64,000 nt of DNA from the NCBI RefSeq assembly GCF_009834535.1, contig NC_045696.1, forward strand, positions 110,982,001 through 111,046,000. The letters run 5' to 3'. The stretch comes from Camelus ferus (Eukaryota). The notes under the pieces are model-generated. The model saw nothing but the letters and a program-made list of their open reading frames with translations, was not told where the DNA came from and searched no databases. Every line of letters starts with the position of its first letter. The stretch's first letter is position 1. The translations under genes and the position numbers were made by a program. Positions 39,701 through 51,170 of the stretch are shown in pieces.

Positions 39701-40961
39701 ATTGGCAAGCACACAATCATGTCCTCTTGAGTAAAAAACCTGCAGCAGAAGCAGTGTCTTTGGAGAATCTGCCTTTAACTCTGTCATATTCCTTTAAATT
39801 ATACCAATTAATGACTCCTTAGATTTAATGTGGTCATTCTTGAATGCACATTCCCTAGAGAATAAAACAGACCATCAGCAATTAAAGCCTTAGGACAGAC
39901 GGGTTATACTTCATTATTCTTCCTCTGACACCTAGTTTAGATGAGCCTCTGAGGACAGTGGACATTTGGAAGTTCAATGACAGAAAGCTGATTTGAGACA
40001 AGAGGCATGTTGTGGAAACGAATACAGGCAGGAAATGACAGAGCAGCTCAAGTCTGCGGTCCATGCGGACTGTGTGCACTTACAGGGTGAAGGGATGTGG
40101 TATCCAAAAATGAGGTGCTGTCAAGACATACCATGCATCTGAAACATGATCTGCAAAACTGCAAACCCATAGTACTGGTAAATTAAAGGAAATTGGTTGT
40201 TTTCAAAAGATTTTTCAATACTGTTTTAAAAATGCTGGCTAAGTGCTTTAACAGTGTTTCTATTTACATTTAACTTTATTGAAAAATAAATTAGCTTCTT
40301 GTTGTGTTATCCATCCTTACAGTGGTTACATAAACAGTTCTATTTGAGAAAGATTTTGTGTTGAGAGCCCCATTGGAGAATTGGATTCAAAACACTGGGG
40401 GGAGGTGGAGGGATGCCTTACATTTCTTACGGAAGGAAGGATAATTTCTAGATTGGCATCCAGAACTGGCAAATTCTCCCTATTTGATAATTCTCCAGCA
40501 TTCCCTGTTAATGCTTATAAATTTCTCTGTCTTTTCTCTCGTAGCTCTTATGTTAGTATTAAACACTATGGTTCTCAGCATTTTTCATCCCATGAAGAAA
40601 ACATAAAAGGGAGCATCTTTTAATATTAGTTGACACTTAAAAGTAAAATAACTAATTAATAAAATCAAAGCCATTTTGGAAAAGCAGCTCATGTTCCTTT
40701 CTCCTCCAAGTCCCATTGCATGTGAAACATAGAACACATTCCTGGAAACAAAAGTAACTCAGGGTGGCAGTAATCCGCATCTCACTGGGAGCTTTACATA
40801 TGAATTTGGGGATAGGCAATCCTGTGTAGCTTGTAAGAGACCACCAAGTGATTCTGATCTCATCTTTTATCAGATAGATAAGGAAGCCTGGGGCCATTCT
40901 TGCCATCCTTGAGTTTGAGGTTCACAGTCTGGAGGCTAAATGCCTAAAAATACATGACAGT

Positions 40962-41511
40962 TAGCAGCACTAGTTACAATAGCCAAGACATGGAAAAACC
41001 TAAATGTCCATAGACAGATGACTAGATAAAGAAAATGTCATACATTTATACAACAGAATATTACTCAGCCATAAAAAATAATAAAATAATGTCATTTGCA
41101 GCAACATGGATGGACCTGGAGATTGTCACTCTAAGTGAAGTAAGCCAGAAATAGAAAGAAAAATACCATATGATATCACTTATATGTGGAATCTAAAAAA
41201 AAAGAAAATGAACTTATACATAAAACAAACAGACTCACAGGCATAGAATACAGACTTGTGGCTTCCAGTGGGGAGGGATGTGGGAAGGGATAAACTGGGA
41301 GTTCGATATTTGCAGATACTGACTGGTATACATAAAATAGATAAACAAGTTTATACTGTATAGCACAGGGAAATACATTCAATATCTTGTAGTAGCTTAT
41401 GGTGAAAAAGAATATGAAAATGAATATATGTATATTCATATATGGCTAAAGCATTGTGCTGTACACCAGAAATGGACACAACATTGTAACCTGACTATAC
41501 CTCAATTTAAA
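40962..41511 (+). mobile_element. Young 5'-truncated LINE-1 with TSD
   Basis: ORF2 end plus full 3'UTR and A tail; TSD AAAAATACATGA(C/G)AGT at 40946-40961 and 41512-41527. Confidence 0.92.
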
Positions 41512-42595
41512 AAAAATACATGAGAGTAACTTTCCCGAGTTTTCCAGTCGACACTCAGAACTACTGAGCTCATCATCTCTGTGATGCGCACTGTGTGAAC
41601 ACAGCTGCCAAGATAACCATTATCATTCAACAGCTGCTGATGTTTTGGCCCATGTTAAATCCTGGGAGGAAGTCCAGAGACCACTGGGCTCCAGTCTAGG
41701 ACTGTTGTGAGACTGGCACTGAGTCCTTGTCCTGTCACTCCTGCTGGCTGCATGGTTGCTGTGGTAGCTTTTGGTGACCACCTCTGACCAGCCAAGATCG
41801 TCTGTCAGGGAGTCTCTAAGCATGGGTGCAAGAATAAGCTTGGACAGATGTGAAGACCTGTGAATAGTCAATCCATTCCTCTGGAAGATGTAAGAGAGAA
41901 ATAAAAGTATTTCCTGCACGTGAAACAGCCCTTCCAAACTCCAGCCAAGCTCCTCATGAAAAGCTTCATGGTTTAAGTCCCTTAGTTTAATTCTGGAAGG
42001 AATTTTGGTTTGGGAAGAACATTCATTCATTCAACAAACTCCAGACATTTCATGATAGAAAAGAAAATTTCTGACTTGATCTGAGTTACTCCCAATCTTG
42101 TACATTATAAAACTGTGTACCTCCAAACTCTCCAATTTTTCCCCCTCATTACATTTTGAGTATAAAGTTAGAAAATTCAGCTACTTGAGGTGAACTCTGC
42201 ATATGTGATCAGCATAGAACATAGGAATTAAAGATTTCTGATTAGGTGACATTTTTTGATGTCTGATTGCCACCGTATCAGTCATATTACTCATTCCAGA
42301 TCATGGAACCTAAGGTCATTGCCCTTGCAGTAAAATTATGTTTTATACACTGGATTATTTGTTACATAACCCACACATTTTTCTTACTCAAAACATGCCT
42401 CTCCTAAAAAGTGCCAAGCACAGTTGGAGAACAAAATGTGGCACAATTGTATAATGGATTACTACCCAATGATGAAAAGCTACAGATCACTGACACCTGC
42501 AACAACATGATGGATTTCAACAACATTATGCTGACTGCAAGAAGCCAGACCCATAAGATTCCGTTTATGTGAAGTTCTTAAAGAGGTAACCTTGG

Positions 42596-42740
42596 TGTGG
42601 TGGTTTTTAAGTGTTCACAGATTCTTTAATAATTTCCCTTTTAAGACATAGTACACAGTTACCCTTCCCTTGAGGGTGGACTAGACTTGGTGACTCATTT
42701 TTAACAAATGGAATAAAGCAGACGTGACAGTGTGCAGGTG
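42596..42740 (+). mobile_element. MLT1F/G-like LTR 5' fragment
   Basis: 'tgtggtggtttttaag...cccttcccttgag...gacttggtgactcatttttaacaaatggaata'. Confidence 0.65.
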
Positions 42741-43237
42741 ATCAGAGAAACAGAGAGAGGGGAGAATCATATGATGGGAGAGATGCTGAATTTTTTTAAA
42801 AAACTGAACAGATAATTTCTTGCCCCTCTTGACTTTTCCCAGACCTTTCTCTGATCACCCACCTCTCGCCTCACGTAGACAATGGCCTGTTTTGAGGCTC
42901 CACGAAACTCTCTGGTCCAGACTGCAGGCAGGGTTATGAAAGTTTCACGATACTCTACATCCCTTTTTTCCTTTTTCCCCACACAGCTAGTACTCTGTCA
43001 GCTCTGGACAATGCATCTGGGCTGCGTAACGCCAGGAAAAGTAGCATATGGGACAGTCATGTACCCACCAGGTCAGAATTTCTAGGTGGCCAAGAATTAT
43101 GAAAGCCTCATGATTTGAATTCAAGTTAGCCTCAGTGTTTTCTGTCAATATGCTAAATACACAATCAGAAGAGGTGAAAATCAATTAAGATTTGCTTTGG
43201 AAAAGTACTAGAACCTATTTACAAAAATTAAACACCT

Positions 43238-43360
43238 TGAGACAGATGGTAACTAGACATACCATGGTGATCACTTTGTAATGTATGGAAATATTTCATC
43301 ACTATGCTCTGCACCTGGAACTAACAGCGTTGTAGGTCAATTATATTTCAATTAAAAAAA
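43238..43360 (+). mobile_element. L1 3' stub (older artiodactyl-type)
   Basis: 'acagatggtaactagac...tggtgatcactttgtaatgtat...tgtaggtcaattatatttcaattaaaaaaa'. Confidence 0.75.
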
Positions 43361-43557
43361 TGTAGACACTGGGAACCAATGCATCAAAATGCTAAAGGTG
43401 GTTATCCCTGGGGTAGGAATTATGGGTGATTGTTGTTTTTATGTTTTTATGTATTTCTAGTTGTCTGCAATGAGGTATGAATGGCTTGTAAATTTAGGAA
43501 AATACGATGTCATTAACAATTAAAACATTTAAAACGAAATCAATTAAACTTTAAAAT

Positions 43558-43785
43558 ACAAATTTGGGAGTTTGTAATTTGCAAATGTTAGCCAGTATAT
43601 ATAAAAATAGATAAAAAACAAGTTTCTTCTGTATAGCACAGGGAACTATATACAATACCTTGTAATAACCTTTAATGACAAAGAATATGAAAATGAATAT
43701 ATGTATATATATGCATGACTGGGACATTACACCACAAATTGACACATTGTAATTGACTGTACTTCAATTAAAAAAAAAGAAAAAA
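43558..43785 (+). mobile_element. Young L1 3' stub, same subfamily as the 10742 copy
   Basis: 'aatttgggagtttg..atttgcaaatgttagcca.tatata...acctttaatgacaaagaatat...atgcatgactgggaca' shared with ~10978-11140. Confidence 0.88.
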
Positions 43786-44489
43786 GTATATTAAACACAT
43801 TGAGGCTTACTTCCAGGATATTTCAATTGAGCATTTTGATACATGGCTTGTTCTGTTAAGGGAACTTACTCATCTGCCAGAGTAGGAACCAAGGCAGGGC
43901 TGGTTTTGCAAGTAAGGTATAGAACAAATGCTGAGAAACTGATCCTATGCCGACGGCTCTATTTTTGCCTTAATTCTTTTGCACACGCCCCATCCCTTCT
44001 TGGAGTGCCCTTCACTTCACCATCTCTGTGTATTGGGCTTCTATTCAACCTTCAGGACCCCAATCAACTGTCATTTTCCCCATGAAGCCATAGCTGTGGG
44101 CTGATATTGCTACAACTAAATGTTCTCTCCTCTCTATCCACAGAAATTTACTTTCATTTTTCTGCATGTTTTTACAGTCAGCTTTGGGATATTGTTATTT
44201 GCAAGTCTATCTTCTCTCTTCTACCAGGATTAAGTTCCTTGAGAATAGATACTATGTTTTATTTTTCCATGTATTTTCTACTGAATCTGTAGAGAGATTA
44301 TTAGTATTCATAACCTGGTATTCAGCAAGGGTTTTGTTTTTTCATTGGATATACTGTCACATTGAGATGATCTTTGGAAGATGTAGCTGATATCTAAGCC
44401 ACGGAGCATTAAGAAAGAAAGGAGGATGTCTATAGTTTGCAATATTATCATGAACTAATAAAGAAGAGTATTGGACTGATTTCAGAAGC

Positions 44490-44650
44490 ATAGTAATAGC
44501 TTTTATAACTCTTGCCACGTGCCAGGCTCTTTTCTAAGCACTTCACTGGTATTTTCAACCCTCATGGTTTAAGAAGAACTTGAGACACAGAGGAGGTACA
44601 CAACTCATTGGAGATCACAAAGCTGTTGGTTGGCAGAGAGGAAGCTCCAG
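44490..44650 (-). mobile_element. MIR
   Basis: 'cacgtgccaggctcttttctaagcactt...gaagaacttgagacacagagg'. Confidence 0.55.
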
Positions 44651-44917
44651 GATCCCTGCTCCTCATCTCTGTATCTTGTTGCAAGACTAGAAAAACCCTG
44701 TCTCCTTTGTCCCATCATGGTACTTTCCTCTCCTAGCAAAGAAAATTTTACTCTTAATGTAAAAATCAACAATTCTTTTCAAGTTCTTGTCCTCATCCCC
44801 TTCTTGGAAGAAAATGGACTTAAAAACGGGAATCAGTCACTAAAAACGTGTAGATTAATTAGGACGGTATCTTTATTGGTGAGATAAATAGCTACAAATT
44901 AAGTTCCTATACTCTAG

Positions 44918-45250
44918 CTCATTGATTCTCAAAGTGTAGTCCCTGGACCAAGCGGCATGAACATTGCCTGTAAACTTGTTAGAAACGCAGGTGTTTGAGC
45001 CCCACTCACCTACTGAATTAAGGCCTCTATAATTTTGACACCTGCTAAAAAACTTTGAGGATCACTGCTCCAGACCACTGGTGCTTAAACTTGGCTGCAC
45101 ATTAGAATTGCCTGAGATTTAGGTACTGGTTCTTGTGTTTCTTCCCAAGAGATTCAGATTTAATTGGTAGCGTGTGGTATTGACATTAAGATTTTTAAAA
45201 GCTTCCCAAGTGATTCAAATATTCCATCCCAAGTGAAAACCATGGCTCTG
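44918..45250. mobile_element. Tandem MER5A and MER5B hAT-Charlie elements
   Basis: 'gattctcaaagtgtagtccctggacca...aacttgttagaaacgcag' followed by 'gtgcttaaacttggctgcacattagaat...gattcagatttaattgg...cccaagtgattc'. Confidence 0.75.
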
Positions 45251-46757
45251 TCCCACCTAATATTCGATAAGGCAGACACTCAGTACAAACCTTGTTAATG
45301 CCAGGGGCAGCTCGCCTTAATGGTGATGGCGGCCATGGGTCTAGAACAGTGCCTGGTACTTAGTGGGAGCTCAATAAACATCTGTTGAATGAGTGAATGT
45401 TGTATAGAACCATCACGCTTCATAAAGTATATAAAATAGTACATTGTAGTATTTGGTGTTTTTCATTTTTCAATAATATTCAAAAACTTTGTCCCAAACA
45501 AACGCAGACTGTCCCAGATACGTTATTCTTTTTTTAAGGCTCTGCAAGACAATTGCTTCTGTCTGTCATGAGTTCTCCTTCCCTTTCAAACCCTTCCTGG
45601 CTAACTTCTACTCATCCTTCAAGTCTCAGTCTCTCCGCTTCCTTCTCTGGGAAGTGGATCTCGATAGAAGAAAGTGCCTTAGGAGATGGCTTGTCTGCTC
45701 TCCCACCATGCCCATTGCTCATCCCTAGACTCCCTTTTAAGCTCATGACTATTAAATTGCTCATTTACTTGGCTATTAATCCTCACTGGCCCATGGCCTC
45801 CTTAATGGAAATCATAGTCTCTCCCTTACCTGGTGCCCCCAGACACAGAGTCAGTGCTTGGCTCATGACAGTTGCCTGAAAAGCATCGTTCAAGACTGAA
45901 GTATTTCCTCCTGGAGGATGGTCTCACATCAGACAGTTTCCTGGTCACCAAGCCAGGCCTCCTTTAAACAGATAATAGAACAATCCGGTCTGCCTCGTGG
46001 ACACTGGCCTCGGTGAGACGTGCTGCTTTTAGTCACTGGTGATTCTTGGGAGCAATATCTAAGCCCTGAAAAATGGGTTGGCTGCAGTTTTTTTTGGTTC
46101 TATTTGATTCTGCTTTTGTACAGATGAGCTGTTTGGAAGCTTCAGTCTCAATACTGACTTGTTAAACCTGACCATCTGTTGGGGAGGATTTGATTTTAGA
46201 TGAGAGCATCTGGGCCCCTATTTATTCACTGAGGTTAATAGACCTGATGACCTTTCTCTGTTCTCAGCAGGAGGCACATCCTGGGGCTGCTGGGGAGGCG
46301 GCAGCTGAACTTTCCACTGGTTGTTGTCAAATACTCCCTCCCCAGCGAAGGCACTTTTATATCCCATCTTAATTCTCTCGTTCCTTAAAGTCATGACTCT
46401 GAAGTGCACAGACAGCATGCGGCTGAGAAGCTGTCTCAACTAAGATGAGGCTGCGGTAGGTGACGAGGCGGCAGGATGAGGGGCTAGCACGGAGACGGCA
46501 GGGCCAACTGCTACCCCTAGCAGTAGCTGGGTGACCCGGGCCAACACTGTTGACCTCTCTGAGGTTTAGTTTTCTCACTTGAAAACAAAGGAGAAAATAT
46601 CCATCTTGCAGTTTTTATGGGACTTGGATAAGATTTATTAATGTGCCTGCCACAGTCCTCAAGTGGTGACCATCATTGTTTCTACCTTTCAGTCGGACCC
46701 TCTTCAGAGATTCTGCAGGGATTTCACACGCCTTTGGTCTGGTTCTCATAACAACCC

Positions 46758-47190
46758 TGTTGCAGGTTGCATTTCCTGGAAAGCAGATTCTCAGATGGTT
46801 CAGTGGGCAGAATGTTTATTATGAGGCATTCTTGGGATCAACACTGACGGAAGAATGGGGAGAAAGTAGGACGGGGCAGAAGGAGAAGCTGAACTACGAT
46901 GCAGGCCCTGTGACAGTTTTGGCTGATTCCATGGGAGCTCTGGAGCTGGAAGGTTATGCTGAAGAATTGTCCTGAGTTGGGCCAAGACCCCAAGGTCTTT
47001 CTACTCCTGCACCTGTCAGTCACTGAGTAAGGGTGCTCTGTGTCTGATGGGCCAGGGGTCTTAGGCAAGAACACTCTTGCAGAGAGGCAATTGCTGAAGG
47101 AAACGGCAGCTGACGGCTTTCCACCAACTGCTCTCTCAGGAGATGGGTGACAAGTCCTTCACTGCAGGGAGATCTGATTGTTGTCACATA
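46758..47190 (-). mobile_element. LTR33-like ERVL LTR
   Basis: 'aagcagattctcagatgg...tttatt...tcttgggatcaacac...gggcagaaggagaagctgaactacgatgcag...ccatgggagctctggagctgg'. Confidence 0.75.
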
Positions 47191-47551
47191 TCCCAGGCTT
47201 GGAGTTTCTTTCCTAAATAAATGAGAAGGATGTGTCTTCTTTCAAATGAGATAGATGTATGCGTGTGTGTGTGTGTGTGGTGTTTGTAGAGAGAGAAGAG
47301 AGAAGCAAAAGGAGAGAGAAAATAGAATGAAACCTAACACTGGTTACTGAATTGGAAGCTTTTTGAGAATAAAGGAAACTTGTTTTACCAAGTGCAAGTT
47401 GCTCTAGGGAAGCCCTTTCTGAGCATTCACCTAAGTGATCTTTCCCAGCTTCCCAAGGAGATAAAGGAACCAACTGAGAATCCTATTTCTCTTTGTTAAA
47501 AACATAGATGATTCATAAATATAAGGGTGAACCCAGGAGAAAGCAAGGAGG

Positions 47552-48112
47552 TGTCAAGAACTGCACTGGAAAAAGTTAAACAGGCAAAGAAGATTTTATT
47601 CAAGACTATTGCAACAAGGGAGAGAGAGACTCCAGCTGGAGAGGGAGATGTTGCAGGTGTCAAACATGAGCTCACAGACATTTCCCTGGGGGGATGGTGA
47701 TTTAAGAGCTGGGACGGGAAAATCATAACTATCTGTGTTTTCCAACTGGCTTTACCCAAAAGCAAAGTAAACTTTCTCTTATCTTCATAAGAGGAGGCAG
47801 TTTTAAAGCTTGGAGCAAGGCACCCACAGAAGTTTGGTTCCTATCCTCCCACAAGGACTGGAAGGTAGGGAGCTATCTCCTTAGATTTATACATTGTAAA
47901 GAGATGGCTCCCAGGTCCTTGAGAAAAATATTTCCTGGGTCCTAAAACTAGTAAGAGGCTTCTAAGGAGATTTAGATATATTTTAAAGGGGCAGGAAAAA
48001 AATTATAATTTTCTAAAGCAAATGCTCTAAGAGAGGTCAGGAGCCTCTAATCAGGAAGGAACTTGTCTAAAGTTTAGTCATGCTGAGGGGAACATTTAAG
48101 ATGCCTTGGTCA
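47552..48112 (-). mobile_element. ERV1 solo LTR (MER4-group-like)
   Basis: TG...CA termini, exact 4-bp TSD GAGG (47548-47551 / 48113-48116), minus-strand AATAAA ('tttatt' ~47595). Confidence 0.88.
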
Positions 48113-49161
48113 GAGGTTTCTGGAAGAGCTCAAGAATCAGAGCGTGAATGCCCGGCTTTGACAAGATAGGCCAATTAAATCCACTCACAGCAAGTGGCAC
48201 TCTGGAAGACGGGTCCTTGCTGAACTTCCTTGAGATGGATAATCAGATGCTAGCCACCCAGAAAGGGTCTGTGTGAGTCAAGATCTAACAAGGAAAGGAG
48301 AAAGTAGCAAGCATTCTAAATAGAATGGATGAGTGTATCTTACTTTTTAGAACCTTAGAAAGTAATAAAAGTAATATACACTCCTTGCAGAAATGTCAGA
48401 AAGTATGGACATGACGATCACTGCTGACACTTGTATGGGTTTTTAGTTATCTTATATGCAGGAATAACCTGAATTTCCCCAGGTATGGGAAGTCTAGAGG
48501 TTGTGCTAGGTCCTATTTATGGTAACAATTAAACTTTCACTGACTTTGCCTCTTTGAGTTTCAGGGGACCTTCAGCTCTCTCTCTTCCCTTCCCCTGCCT
48601 AATCTACCCAGAGATTTCTGAAATCCCCCATCAAAAGGGGGACATTGTAGGTGTCAAACAAGAGTTCAGAAACAATTCTCACGTGTATTTTCACTCCAGG
48701 CGTATAGCTGCTTCTCCTCCTGGAGGCGGGTTAGTCTGGGTCGGTGCTGAAAGCTGCATCTCATGCAGCTCAATTCTAGTAGGGAAGATGTGAAGCAGCC
48801 CTGTTTCTAAGGCTTTGAGCTGATTCAGACCTGTTTGTCCTTTGCCCTTCCTCTGATGATCCCCCAGGATGTTTCCCAGAGAGCAGAGCAGGCGAAGAGG
48901 AAGAAGCCAAGGTCAATTTCTACCTCCCTCTCTGTCTCAGGCTTTACCCTCTCCATGGCTCCAACTCAGGCTTGGCAAGCCCACCATGGCCGCAGTTTGC
49001 CTTGAATGACCTAGCCCTTGAGTTCTGGGGTTACCACCACCCCAAATTATCCTTGGGGTGCACGTGGCTTCCTGATTCTCCTCATCTCCAGTCTTCTCAT
49101 CATTTCACCCAGCTGTTCCATGCCACTAGTTACACGAATTCGATCTATTTAAAATACTTAG

Positions 49162-49379
49162 GGGTGGGAAGAGATAGACTGGGATTTCAAAATTACAGAA
49201 TTATACTGTACAGCACAGGGAAATATATACAAGATCTTACGGTAGCTCACAGAGAAAGGAATGTGACAATGAATATATGTGTGTTCATGTATAACTGAAA
49301 AATTGTGCTGTACACTGGAATTTGACACAACATTGTAAAATGATTGTAAATCAATAAAAAATGTTAAAAAAAGTAAAAT
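49162..49379 (+). mobile_element. Young L1 3' stub with TSD
   Basis: TSD AAAATACTTAG at 49151-49161 and 49380-49390, at a canonical TT/AAAA endonuclease site. Confidence 0.92.
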
Positions 49380-49903
49380 AAAATACTTAGTCACTTATCT
49401 TTTCCTTTCTGTACCTGACTGGTACAGACCTTCTCTTGAGGAGCCAAAATGCAATCTAATGTAACTTTTATTCTTCAGGCTAGCTCTGATTTTCTCTGGG
49501 GACTCCCACCAGGGAAAAAATTCTCTACAGCTTCAGAATAGCTCAGAATCTCACGCACTAAGAATAAAGGAGGTAATGTTGTGTTAGCTGAATTCGTATC
49601 CCCCTCCCGGCTGTTTGCAGCAGAGACTTGAAGAAGGAAAAGGATGAGGTCATCTGTAAGCACTTCTTTTCTTCGTTGAGTGGAAAACAACAGATAGAAA
49701 CCTGGAAGGTTACAGTAAGATCTTTAAGAATCACTGCCAGCACCATACTGCTTAAAGGAATATATGAAGAAATAACTCTCATTACTTGTGATATAAAAGC
49801 ATTCACTGTCTGATATGTAATTAATACCCAAGATGACTGGACTATGCTTGAGTAAACAGCTTGAATTTTGCATTTGTGGTGCATTGTTTTCAGTTACTCC
49901 TTT

Positions 49904-49965
49904 TTCAAAAAATTTTATTTTATTGAGTTATAGTCAGTTTACAACGTTGTGTCGATTGCCAGTGT
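49904..49965 (-). mobile_element. Very short (~60 bp) L1 3' stub
   Basis: 'ttattgagttatagtcagtttacaacgttgtgtc'; TSD agttactccttt / agttacctcttt (10 of 12 match). Confidence 0.8.
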
Positions 49966-50974
49966 AGTTACCTCTTTCTGTTCAGTTCTTCAAGGCAATC
50001 CTCTGCTTACTTTTTCCCTATGACATAATGAATGCATTAAATTCAGTTCAATAAATAAATAAATTAGAGTTTAATTACTGGAAACTGCAAGTAATTATTA
50101 ATGCAAAAGGATTCTCATTATTTTACGGTGAACTAAGGAAAGTGGTATTCAAAGTTTATATAAAGTGTTTAGCATAGTAGGCACTTAATGAATATTAATC
50201 TCCTTCCCACTTAGACTAAAACTGCATCTTCCTTGTTTCTGGCTTGCTTAAACCAGGGTTAAAATCATTTCTGTGTGTTCTAAGCACCCATCTCTTCTTT
50301 GCATATTTCTACTGCCTTAGCCTTTCTCAAACCTGTCATCCTGGCATAAAGCTTAGAGGGGCAGAGCCCATTATGACCTTTGGCACTCATTTTTCAGAGT
50401 TTTCCTAGAGCATCTGCTCTGCTTTTCAGAGCCATCCACTTTGTACACATCACTTTGCAATATGCTTTTCTCCCTTTGGTCATCTGCAAATCCCTCTCTA
50501 GGCCTTAAATATAAAACAGGCTAATGAAAATTATTTATAATGCCATAGCTAAGATGTAGACATAAATGATGTTTGAAATAAGTGTGACCGTCTTTTAGGA
50601 ATGTGTTTTAGGATTAATGGGTGTTCCGTACCTGGATATCCGAGTCCTGTAATGCATGACCGCTCACTGTAAGTAAGGGCCTTAAAACGGAGTGTCTGAT
50701 GACTAGCCCTCCTGGGCTTCCTGAAGTTACTGAGATTTTAGACAACACTTTCATGTAGAATTTCTCTTCTTTATTGATGAGTATATTAAGTGGACGTGCC
50801 ACATAGCTTCCATTTATTTTATGTCAGGTCCCTTAGAAGTGGATTTTGGGCTGTTCATACAGTAGAAGTTCAATGAATGATCATTGCCTTTGTGAGCTTG
50901 TTGGCCTTGGCACTGGAGTTTGCTACATGTGCAGACAGCATCTCTAGTATGAGAACCATGCTTGGCAATTGATC

Positions 50975-51170
50975 CCCTGGACAGAGCACCAGACCAGCAG
51001 GACCTAGAGTTGAGTCCCAGCTTCAGAGCTCACTGGCTGTGTAATCTTGGGCAGATCACTCACCTGTTTGAGTCTTAGTGCCTTTATTTATAAAATGGGG
51101 AATAATTAATATAGTCAATATTTCACTAGATATTTAAGGATCAGAGCTGATAATTATGTTTGGAAGAGTC
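50975..51170 (+). mobile_element. MIR
   Basis: 'gacctagagttgagtcccagct...ctggctgtgtaatcttgggcagatcactcacct...tataaaatggggaataat'. Confidence 0.8.

Noticed and set aside
40739..46781. Isolated GAS sites TTCCTGGAA (40739, 46773) and scattered AP-1 sites
   Set aside because: Such short motifs are expected many times by chance in 64 kb and are not clustered.
49475..49710. Minus-strand acceptor plus open frame (…STQRRKEVLTDDLILFLLQ…) as a coding exon
   Set aside because: No recognisable protein homology, no convincing donor and no partner exons.
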